NCBI RefSeq assembly: GCF_000223395.1 | Contig: NC_015931.1 | Span: 1,620,001-1,652,000, forward strand | Direction: 5' to 3' | DNA length: 32,000 bases | DNA from: Pyrolobus fumarii 1A | Lineage (GTDB): Archaea > Thermoproteota > Thermoprotei_A > Sulfolobales > Pyrodictiaceae | Part shown: one piece after another, positions 17,249-24,477 of the stretch | How the letters are laid out: every line of letters starts with the position of its first letter | Position numbering within the stretch: the first letter of the stretch is position 1 | The notes under the pieces: generated by a model | Databases searched by the model: none | What the model was told of the DNA's origin: nothing | The model's input: the letters and a program-made list of their open reading frames with translations, nothing else | Made by a program: the position numbers and the translations under genes

Positions 17249-18706
17249 GTGATACGTGTAGTCAGCGTCGGATTCGACGCTCCTCTCGCAGAGCGTGTCG
17301 AGCTAGAAAAGCTCCCAAGCGTCATACACGAGACAATCGAGGCAAAACAAGCAATCATAGTTGTTGCTCGTGGCGCGTGGCATCTGTGGAACGAGCTAAG
17401 ACAGTGGATGGACCGCAAGGGGCTTAACTGGCTCCTAGTCGAGCCTCTCGACCCCCTCGAAGCCAACCTGGCAAAGGTTGCTTTCGAGCAGATGCTCGCA
17501 GCTAGGATGACGCTAGCAGGTTTCCAGGGTAGATCAGAAGCGCCAAGTGTAATCACTGGAGAGAAGCGTGTCACGAGAAGAGAATTATTGAGAGAGGCTC
17601 CAGCTGCTCTAACCAAGTACGTGGATGGCGTTTGGGTTGCAAACACATCGCCATGCTCTTCACCGGCGTGTCCGTTGTGTACTAGCGTGTGTCCATACGA
17701 CGCGCTTGAAGGTAAGCCGCCGAGACTAGATGCTATGAGGTGCGCTGGTTGCGGGTTGTGCCTGAGTGCTTGCCCCTACCGGGTGCTCTGGAAGAACAGC
17801 TCATCGCCACACGCTCTTTGGGACTATATCCGCTACCTGCCAGGCATAGAGCCGGGCCTCGTCGTCTACGCGTGTAGAGACTCTATCGCAGAGCTTCTAG
17901 AGGGGCTCAAAGACCATGATGACAAGAGGATTATCGTGGTTCCAGTCGTATGCCCTGGTGACGTGACCCTAGACCTGCTACTCGCGCCGCATCTTCTCGG
18001 TCTCCGGCCGGTCATCTACTGTCCCAGGGCGGGTGAAGAATGCGGCAAGGAGAGCGTAACAGAGTACATACGACTGGTTCTATCCAGCTACCAGAGCATA
18101 GTCGGCGAAGAGCCGTTGGTAGCATCCACGCCCAGCGAGGTCGTGGAGGCACAGCCGGGTGAAAGGCTGCTCGAGCCTTGGGAGTCACCCCCATCGGATC
18201 TAATGGCTGCAGCGAGACTAGCAGCAGAGAAACTGCTATCCAAGAGAGGCGTCACGGACTACGTCAAGATAAACGTCCCACTAGTGGCGCGCCACGAGCT
18301 TGACGCGAATAGGTGTACGCTCTGCGGAGCCTGTGCAGCCAAGTGTCCTATGGGAGCGCTCTCCCTTGTCCTCGAGGGAGAACGCGAGAGTCTGGTGCAT
18401 GACCCGTCTAAGTGCATAGCATGTAAAACGTGTGAAGCGGTCTGCCCGGAGGACGCCCTAAGAGTGGTATACGCGGCGCCCTATAGCCTAGGCAGGCGTG
18501 TGCTGCACGCTGAGGAGGTTGTGAAGTGTAGGGTCTGCGGCCGGCCCGTCGGCCCTAAGCGTCTCGTGGAGAGCGTTGCCTCGAAGCTCCGCGCGAGCAA
18601 CGCCCCCAAGGCGCTCATGGATACTCTGTACCTATGCGAGGAGTGTAGAAGGCGGAGGGCACTAGGGCTACTAGAGCAGGACGACAGGAGCAAAGTAGAG
18701 TCATAA
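17249..18706 (+). CDS. Polyferredoxin-like 4x[4Fe-4S] protein with central MvhD/FlpD-like domain
   Basis: Four cluster motifs are present: CSSPACPLCTSVCP, CAGCGLCLSACP, CTLCGACAAKCP and CIACKTCEAVCP. The central VVYACRDS...RIIVVPVVCPGDVTLDLLL...RPVIYCPRAGEEC resembles the MvhD/FlpD pattern (C..... R.I.V.C.G.V....L....GADGV...GC). A C-terminal CRVC...CEEC knuckle pair follows. Confidence 0.7.
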   Translation: MIRVVSVGFDAPLAERVELEKLPSVIHETIEAKQAIIVVARGAWHLWNELRQWMDRKGLNWLLVEPLDPLEANLAKVAFEQMLAARMTLAGFQGRSEAPSVITGEKRVTRRELLREAPAALTKYVDGVWVANTSPCSSPACPLCTSVCPYDALEGKPPRLDAMRCAGCGLCLSACPYRVLWKNSSSPHALWDYIRYLPGIEPGLVVYACRDSIAELLEGLKDHDDKRIIVVPVVCPGDVTLDLLLAPHLLGLRPVIYCPRAGEECGKESVTEYIRLVLSSYQSIVGEEPLVASTPSEVVEAQPGERLLEPWESPPSDLMAAARLAAEKLLSKRGVTDYVKINVPLVARHELDANRCTLCGACAAKCPMGALSLVLEGERESLVHDPSKCIACKTCEAVCPEDALRVVYAAPYSLGRRVLHAEEVVKCRVCGRPVGPKRLVESVASKLRASNAPKALMDTLYLCEECRRRRALGLLEQDDRSKVES

Positions 18707-18740
18707 GGCACGATGTTTAACGGCCAATTGTAGGGGTTGG

Positions 18741-19499
18741 ATGAGAGCCTCGGCAAACATTGTATCAATCCTCCTGCTCATCATCATAGCTATCGCAGCC
18801 GCGGTCGCAATCCACCTGTATTTGCAGGGTGTGGAGAAGCCTGCACCCCCTGGACTATGCCACGCGGCAATTGAGGCGGTCAATGTGACACGCTACAAGG
18901 GAATCTATGTGTGGTTTCGTGCAATCGACTGTGACCTGACGGTCGATACAGCATACCTGCGCTACCCGGACTGGACTCTAGCAGTACAGCTACAGCCCCT
19001 AACACCCGTGAAAGTGCGGCGTGGTAGCGTCAGTATCCTCCGGTTAATCCCGACGGAGCAAGTGAAGAGCGGGGAATACATACTCACGATACCCATACGC
19101 AAAGACGACGTATGGAAGAGCATACGTATACCGTTCACCATGCCCGGTGGTCAGATCCTTCGAAACAAGAGTCTACAAGAGCTCAACGGCACAATCTTGG
19201 AAAAGACAGCTTACCGTGTCATAGTGAACGTCAGCATCTATGAGCAGCAATTCGACACGTACAAGGTAACCGTAAGAGTGTGTGCAAAGCGAGGCTACTG
19301 GATAAACTACGTCCGTATAGAGGTCTACAACGCCAGCCTAGAGCCACCAGTATGGGTGGGGCAGTACCACGTGTTCGTCGAGAGTGAGAAATACTTGCCG
19401 TTCACCTATCCCGACTGCAGTATAGCCGATTTTTACCCCATCCGTGGCAACGAGCAACCATTGACGATAATGGTCTTGGTAGAGTGGAGGAGGGGGTGA
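18741..19499 (+). CDS. Secreted pilin-like (class III signal peptide / DUF361-type N-terminus) glycoprotein
   Basis: The N-terminus MRASANIVSILLLIIIAIAAAVAIHLYL resembles archaeal type IV pilin-like N-termini (..SPVIATLLLIAIAVAAAV..). The rest is beta-rich and carries 5 N-glycosylation sequons (NVT, NKS, NGT, NVS, NAS). Confidence 0.6.
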   Translation: MRASANIVSILLLIIIAIAAAVAIHLYLQGVEKPAPPGLCHAAIEAVNVTRYKGIYVWFRAIDCDLTVDTAYLRYPDWTLAVQLQPLTPVKVRRGSVSILRLIPTEQVKSGEYILTIPIRKDDVWKSIRIPFTMPGGQILRNKSLQELNGTILEKTAYRVIVNVSIYEQQFDTYKVTVRVCAKRGYWINYVRIEVYNASLEPPVWVGQYHVFVESEKYLPFTYPDCSIADFYPIRGNEQPLTIMVLVEWRRG

Positions 19500-19532
19500 G
19501 TCTCGCTGAAGACAGTAGTTATTCTTGCAGCA

Positions 19533-20564
19533 TTGCTCGCCCTCGGCACATGCCCCTGTATATACTACGGGCATCTAGACCAGACGATAGTCGAACAGAT
19601 GGCACACTGTGATCTCATAGTGTTGTCGCCGCTTGCTAACCCAACGCTGGTTTCGGAGCTGTCGCAGGACAGGATAGTGCTTGGCTATGTGAGCATAGCT
19701 ACTGTAGGCGGTTGGGAGCCGTGGGCCTCGAGAGTAACGCCGGACCTCGTTGTAGGTGTTAACCCTACATGGAATGAGCGTATAGTCGATGCTTGTAGCG
19801 AGGAGTGGAGGCAGATACTACTAGACGCGGTGAAATGGGTGCTTGACAGAGGGTTCAATGGCGTTTTCCTAGACAACCTTGATGTTGTAGACCGGTATCC
19901 GTGGATGAAGGAGTGTATAGCCTCTCTGGTAAAGGAGGTGAGGAGAGAGTACCCGAACGCCATTATAATGGTGAACAGGGGGTTCTCCATACTCAGAGAT
20001 ATAGCGCCGTTTATCGACTATCTACTCGTAGAGTCGTTCCCTAGCTATTACGACTTCCAAGCTAAGACTTACAGGATACACTGTTTTGACGACCTAGAAT
20101 GGATTGTATCAAAGCTACGTGAAGCAGAGAAGCTTTCAATGGAGTATGGTTTCCGTATAGTGATACTCGCTTACGGCGAGCCCCGAAACAGTAGCCTCGT
20201 TAAACGCATATGTAACATTTTAGACAAGTATGCCAGAGGTATTCCAGTCTACCTTGCAACTTGGGATCTACAACAACTAGGGGTATGTGATCCCTGTGCA
20301 GCGCCACACAAGGCCTTGGTAGCGAGAGCAACACCAACTACTAAATTGAGTGCAAGTGCTACTAGCATTAAGACCAGCACCATTAGTGTAGCGGCACAGG
20401 AGCCAGGACCAGCAGTAGAGTCAACAACACGCTATGATACTCACACAGTTACTGAAGGCTATGGCCACTCTATTACAGCGATACTGGTTAGCATGAGCTT
20501 GGTAATAGGTGGTCTGCTGGCGGGTATCATCGCTACAGCCTACTTTACAAGGGCAAAGAGGTAA
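19533..20564 (+). CDS. GH114 / TM1410-MJ1477-like putative extracellular glycoside hydrolase (TIM barrel), C-terminally membrane anchored
   Basis: VLGYVSIATVGGWEPWA and GFNGVFLDNLDVVDRY match the GH114/PelA-hydrolase-like pattern (..YlSvGe...Yw, GfDGvfLDnvD). An S/T-rich linker, a TM helix (ITAILVSMSLVIGGLLAGIIATAYF) and RAKR sit at the C-terminus. The true start is probably upstream at CTG 19506 (see finding). Confidence 0.65.
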   Translation: MLALGTCPCIYYGHLDQTIVEQMAHCDLIVLSPLANPTLVSELSQDRIVLGYVSIATVGGWEPWASRVTPDLVVGVNPTWNERIVDACSEEWRQILLDAVKWVLDRGFNGVFLDNLDVVDRYPWMKECIASLVKEVRREYPNAIIMVNRGFSILRDIAPFIDYLLVESFPSYYDFQAKTYRIHCFDDLEWIVSKLREAEKLSMEYGFRIVILAYGEPRNSSLVKRICNILDKYARGIPVYLATWDLQQLGVCDPCAAPHKALVARATPTTKLSASATSIKTSTISVAAQEPGPAVESTTRYDTHTVTEGYGHSITAILVSMSLVIGGLLAGIIATAYFTRAKR

Positions 20565-20628
20565 ACATTGACGTGCTGGATTGTACCAGATACTAGATTA
20601 AGAGGGGGTAAGGGTATCCGGTAGATCA

Positions 20629-20702
20629 GGCTATGATGAGTGGTGACGGCTCGGATAGCTCTCGGGGGAAAAAGTGAAGAGCCGGATGTTAGTATCTGAG
20701 CC
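20629..20702 (+). ncRNA. Candidate C/D-box sRNA
   Basis: C box ATGATGA lies at 20633-20639 and D box CTGA at 20696-20699, about 67 nt end to end. Flanking GGC (20629-31) and GCC (20700-02) can pair. A degenerate D' (CGGA, 20652-55) lies exactly 12 nt after the C box, and a degenerate C' (TGAAGA) lies at 20675-80. The D'-C' spacer (19 nt) and C'-D spacer (15 nt) are longer than typical. Confidence 0.3.
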
Positions 20703-20705
20703 CTG

Positions 20706-20837
20706 TTACCACTCCTCTTCCCACTCTTCCTCCTCTTCCTCAGCTTCCCACCACTCCTCTTCTTCCTCTTCCTCCTCCCAGAGCTCCTCTTCCTCTTCTT
20801 CCTCCTCCCACCACTCTTCCTCATAGAGTAGTAGCAT
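20706..20837 (-). CDS. 43-codon Glu/Trp-only micro-ORF (hypothetical)
   Basis: It runs from ATG 20837 to TAA 20708-20706 and reads MLLLYEEEWWEEEEEEEELWEEEEEEEEWWEAEEEEEEWEEEW. GGGGAG lies 6 nt upstream of the ATG. It is on the same strand as cgi121, 52 nt downstream. It is below the track's length cutoff, and coding status is unproven. Confidence 0.35.
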   Translation of the reverse strand: MLLLYEEEWWEEEEEEEELWEEEEEEEEWWEAEEEEEEWEEEW

Positions 20838-20889
20838 GGCGCTCTCCCCGGTTTCACTCGCTGCAAGCCTAGCTTATGCGAGCAAGGAC

Positions 20890-21399
20890 TTAAGCAGTTT
20901 CCCCATGGAGAAGCCTCTTCCGCTCCACCTCGGCAGCTGCTAGAGCGCTCCTAGCTAAGGCTAGGTCCTCGGGTACACCTAGCCACTTAACCTCATCGAG
21001 TTTAGCACAGCCATATTTCGCTACGAGACTGTTGCATAGGGATTCGTCTCTACACACGGCTACTAGGTGTTCGCCGGGTTTTGGGCCCTCAGACGCGACG
21101 GTACGTAGCTCTACGCGAGTGGGGTCTATGTCTCCTCTGGCAGCTAGCGCGTAGAGCAGTACCTCCACGGGTAGCTTGCGTGCTCTTGAGTATCCCCTTT
21201 TCCAGGCTCTATTTGCGAGCTTGACGCACTGGGCAGCGTGGAGGGGCGAAGCGACGAGTCTGGTAGGGAGTACCACAGCATCCTGTTTGAGTAGCTCTTC
21301 AAGGCTCTTGTCGTCGAGCGGCGGTAGTATGGCGTAGCATAGCTTCTCGTCAACTAGATCTATGCAGGCGGAGCAGTTGCTCTGCACGCTCCGGGTCAA
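20890..21399 (-). CDS. cgi121: KEOPS complex subunit Cgi121
   Basis: 169 aa. VVLPTRLVASPLHAAQCVKLANRAW....ARKLPVEVLLYALAARGDI, HLVAVCRDES and the C-terminal helix align by eye with archaeal Cgi121 (..ADVVATKKHVLHAINQA...IAKSFWMEILVRASGQRQI.., NVCLICEDEE). The TTG start overlaps the upstream PRTase by 50 nt. Confidence 0.7.
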   Translation of the reverse strand: MTRSVQSNCSACIDLVDEKLCYAILPPLDDKSLEELLKQDAVVLPTRLVASPLHAAQCVKLANRAWKRGYSRARKLPVEVLLYALAARGDIDPTRVELRTVASEGPKPGEHLVAVCRDESLCNSLVAKYGCAKLDEVKWLGVPEDLALARSALAAAEVERKRLLHGETA

Positions 21400-21928
21400 T
21401 GCCTGTTACCTCCGATGCGTCCTCCAAACTGAAACCATGGTGTTCGACGAGCTCCGTGAGCATTTCTAGCCTCTCCCACGGGAATATTATCCACGCGTCT
21501 GTCTCCTCACCGTAGTAATCCGGTTTAACCATGGACCATGGCTTCACGTATACGGTTGCGGTCCTCACCTCCGAGGGGCCATAGTAGTTTAGGAAGCTTG
21601 CTACGTGTGCAAGTGTCTTACCGGTGTCAGCTACATCATCCACGAGGAGTATACGCTGGCCACGCACATTCTCGATAAGCGGCTGTGTTATCACGGGCTC
21701 TTCGCGAGTAGCACCTATGCCAGCATAGAACTTGACTTCGACAGTAGCTATCCTCTTGACGCCGATATAATCAGCTACTATCTTAGCCGGTATGATGCCA
21801 CCCCTTAGCACGCCAACCACAATGTCGGGCTTGTAGCCGTCTCGTAGCACATCCTCTGCGATTTCCATGCATAGCTCTTCTATCTCACTCCACGAGGGCG
21901 TTATGAAGCGCAACTGCTTCTCGCTCAA
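21350..21928 (-). CDS. Purine (hypoxanthine/guanine-type) phosphoribosyltransferase
   Basis: 192 aa with a TTG start. It has the PRPP-binding loop RILLVDDVADTGKTL and an archaeal HGPRT-like N-terminus (ITPSWSEIEELCMEIAEDV). Confidence 0.85.
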   Translation of the reverse strand: MSEKQLRFITPSWSEIEELCMEIAEDVLRDGYKPDIVVGVLRGGIIPAKIVADYIGVKRIATVEVKFYAGIGATREEPVITQPLIENVRGQRILLVDDVADTGKTLAHVASFLNYYGPSEVRTATVYVKPWSMVKPDYYGEETDAWIIFPWERLEMLTELVEHHGFSLEDASEVTGIDPERAEQLLRLHRSS

Positions 21929-22231
21929 TGCGCGTCCCTCGAGTCCTCCAAACCCCTCTCGCCTTTAACACCGGTACTGTAGTGCAAGACTGAGGATAGA
22001 CACGAGACACGGTATCATCTCGATAGATGTGTAGTCACAATTCCCCTAGAATGGATGCCCCGGGCGTATGGTGGCGACCCGCCGGTAGAACAAGGCGCTT
22101 CTTAGCTCCTCGTCTGTGGCGGTCTCGCTGGTTGGGCTGGCTCGTATCATCTGTGCTTGTATGTTGTCTTGTAGTGTGAGGTCTGGCAGGGTAGTCTTGA
22201 AGAGGGTGGATGTGAGCGGGTCGCCTGGAAG

Positions 22232-24070
22232 GTGAACATAGTGGTTAGGGTTGCGGTTGTCGACCGTGAGCTGTGTAAACCCGACAAGTGTAGCTTGGAG
22301 TGTATCCGCTTCTGTCCTATCAATAGGACCGGCGGCAAGGCGATAGAGCTTGGTGAGGATGGGAAGCCGGTGGTATACGAGGATGTATGTATAGGTTGTG
22401 GAATATGCGTCAAGAAGTGTCCGTTCAACGCGCTTAGCATAGTAAACCTGCCCGATGAGCTCGAGAAGATGCTTATACACCGTTATGGGCCGAACGCGTT
22501 CAAGCTCTACGGTCTGCCTGCTCCTAGGCAGGGTGCTATTCTCGGCGTCATCGGCAAGAACGGTACTGGAAAGACTACGGCGCTACGCATCCTGGCTGGC
22601 GAGTTGAAGCCAAACCTGGGCATCTTTGACCGCGAGCCATCCTGGGACGAGATAATCAAGAGGTTCAGAGGGACCGAGATACAGGCTTACCTCCAGAGGC
22701 TCGCTGAGGGCAAGATACGAGCGGCTCACAAGATACAGTATGTGGATCTGGTACCTAGGCGCGTGAAGGGCACGGTAGGCAAGCTGCTTGAGCGTGCAGA
22801 CCAGAGGGGCGTCTCGAAGGAGATTGCCAAGTTCCTGGGGCTTGATAGGCTGTGGGACAGGGACGTTAGGCGCCTCTCGGGTGGCGAGCTGCAAAAGTTC
22901 CTAGTTGCAGCCGTATTGTCGCGCGATGCTGACATATACCTCTTTGACGAGCCGAGCAGCTACCTCGACGTCCGTGAGAGGATAAAAGTGGCTAGAGCTA
23001 TCAGGAGGTTCGCGCCAAAGAACGCGTATGTGGTTGTCGTCGAACACGATATAGCGATGCTCGACTACCTCTCCGACTACGTTGTCGTGATGTATGGCGA
23101 GCCTGGAGTATACGGCATAGCGTCGAAACCGTATGGTGTACGCGTAGGTGTAAACAACTTCCTGAAGGGCTACTTGCCTGCCGAGAACGTTAGGATACGC
23201 TCGGAGCCAATACGCTTCCACGTACGCGAGGCACCAGCAACTGTAACGGCTGGCCGCGAGAAGTACCTCGAGTGGGGCGAGCTGCTAGTCAAGCGTGACG
23301 GGTTCGTCTTGCGTGCTGAGCCCGGGGAGCTCCAGAAGGGCGAGGTTGTCGGCGTACTGGGGCCCAACGGTATAGGCAAAACAACGTTCGTCCGTGTACT
23401 CGCGGGAGAGCTTGAGCCCCAGGAGGGCTACGTGTATAAGCCTAGAGAGGAGCTCAAGGTGAGCTACAAGCCCCAGTATGTCTCTCCAGCGATGTTCGAG
23501 GGTAAGACCGTAGAGCAGGTGTTGAGGGAGGCTAACCCGGCGGCACTCGCCCCCGGCTCCTGGCTGTACACCGAGCTCGTGAGGCGCCTCGGGCTTCACA
23601 GGCTACTTGATAGACGTGCAGATTCTCTATCCGGCGGTGAGATGCAGAAGCTCGCGGTTGCAGCTGCTCTAGCCAGAGAGGCTGACATATACCTGCTTGA
23701 CGAGCCAAGCGCATACCTCGACGTAGAGGAGAGGCTGACGGTAGCCAGGGCGATAAGACGCATAGTAGAGACTAGGGGTGTAGCAGCTCTAGTGGTCGAG
23801 CACGACGTTGCAGTCCAAGACTACATTAGTGATAGGGTGATGGTGTTCACCGGTACGCCGGGCAAAGAGGGTCACGCACATCGACCAATGGGCCTAAGGG
23901 AGGGGATGAACATGTTCCTCAAGGAGCTGGGGATAACATTCCGTAGGGACCCGGAGACCGGGAGACCAAGGGTGAATAAGGAGGACTCGTATCTAGACCG
24001 GCTGCAGAAGAGGCTAGGCGAGTACTACTATATACCCAAGAGGGGCGAAGAGGAGAGCGAAGAGAGCTAG
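22232..24070 (+). CDS. abce1: ABCE1 / RNase L inhibitor-type ribosome recycling ATPase
   Basis: 612 aa. It has an N-terminal FeS domain (CKPDKCSLECIRFCP, CIGCGICVKKCP), two Walker A loops (GKNGTGKTT, GPNGIGKTT) and two LSGGE signatures. Confidence 0.95.
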   Translation: MNIVVRVAVVDRELCKPDKCSLECIRFCPINRTGGKAIELGEDGKPVVYEDVCIGCGICVKKCPFNALSIVNLPDELEKMLIHRYGPNAFKLYGLPAPRQGAILGVIGKNGTGKTTALRILAGELKPNLGIFDREPSWDEIIKRFRGTEIQAYLQRLAEGKIRAAHKIQYVDLVPRRVKGTVGKLLERADQRGVSKEIAKFLGLDRLWDRDVRRLSGGELQKFLVAAVLSRDADIYLFDEPSSYLDVRERIKVARAIRRFAPKNAYVVVVEHDIAMLDYLSDYVVVMYGEPGVYGIASKPYGVRVGVNNFLKGYLPAENVRIRSEPIRFHVREAPATVTAGREKYLEWGELLVKRDGFVLRAEPGELQKGEVVGVLGPNGIGKTTFVRVLAGELEPQEGYVYKPREELKVSYKPQYVSPAMFEGKTVEQVLREANPAALAPGSWLYTELVRRLGLHRLLDRRADSLSGGEMQKLAVAAALAREADIYLLDEPSAYLDVEERLTVARAIRRIVETRGVAALVVEHDVAVQDYISDRVMVFTGTPGKEGHAHRPMGLREGMNMFLKELGITFRRDPETGRPRVNKEDSYLDRLQKRLGEYYYIPKRGEEESEES

Positions 24071-24477
24071 CCACCCCCGAGATACTCCTCAACCACCTTG
24101 ATTATCTCCATGTCGGTGGTTAGCGGTTTACCTCCGCGATTGATACACTGCGCAGCTATAAGCGCGTCAAAGTAGTCTAGCTTTCTGTCATGCACCAGGA
24201 CGGTTGCTAGTGCAAAGTCGCTCGGCAACAGCGGCTCAACATGCTCTCTGGGTATCAGCGTTGCGAGCAAACTCCAAGTATCCATGCGCTCTTCGAGTGT
24301 GAACCCCCTACTCTTCATGAGCAGGTCCAGCTCGATAAGCGCTGCTTGTGACACACGCCTCCACGATGGCATGTTCTCTATAACTGTTAAGGCGTGCTCG
24401 TGCAGACGGTCGTCAGGGTTGAGATAGGCTATGAGGTACACTGTGTCAACTATTTCTATCCTCTGCCGCCTCTGCAC
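24067..24477 (-). CDS. vapC: PIN-domain toxin VapC
   Basis: 136 aa. The conserved acidic residues sit in PIN context (IVDTVYLIAYL, LIELDLL, YFDALIAAQ, LTTDMEI). It lies directly downstream of and overlapping an AbrB-fold gene. Confidence 0.85.
   Translation of the reverse strand: MQRRQRIEIVDTVYLIAYLNPDDRLHEHALTVIENMPSWRRVSQAALIELDLLMKSRGFTLEERMDTWSLLATLIPREHVEPLLPSDFALATVLVHDRKLDYFDALIAAQCINRGGKPLTTDMEIIKVVEEYLGGG

Noticed and set aside
17570-17600. TRRELLR in the polyferredoxin as a twin-arginine (Tat) export signal.
   Set aside because: It lies at residues ~109-115, not at the N-terminus, and a non-hydrophobic stretch (EAPAALTKYVDG) follows. It is more likely a vestigial or coincidental motif.
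20540-20866. 108-aa Arg/Lys/Ser/Gly-rich ORF from the track (MQRVKPGRAPCYYSMRKSGGRRKKRKRSSG...).
   Set aside because: Its charged part is an alternative frame of the same GAR/TGG triplet tract. Its non-repetitive tail (..SSLFPPRAIRAVTTHHSLIYRIPLPPLNLV..) looks non-proteinaceous. It runs across the C/D-like element and overlaps the 3' end of the GH114-like gene by 25 nt. I kept it only as the alternative to the Glu/Trp frame.
22046-22480. 144-aa minus-strand ORF spanning the PRTase-ABCE1 spacer and the first 250 nt of abce1.
   Set aside because: Most of it is antisense to the conserved FeS domain of ABCE1. It has no motif, and no promoter or SD is evident.
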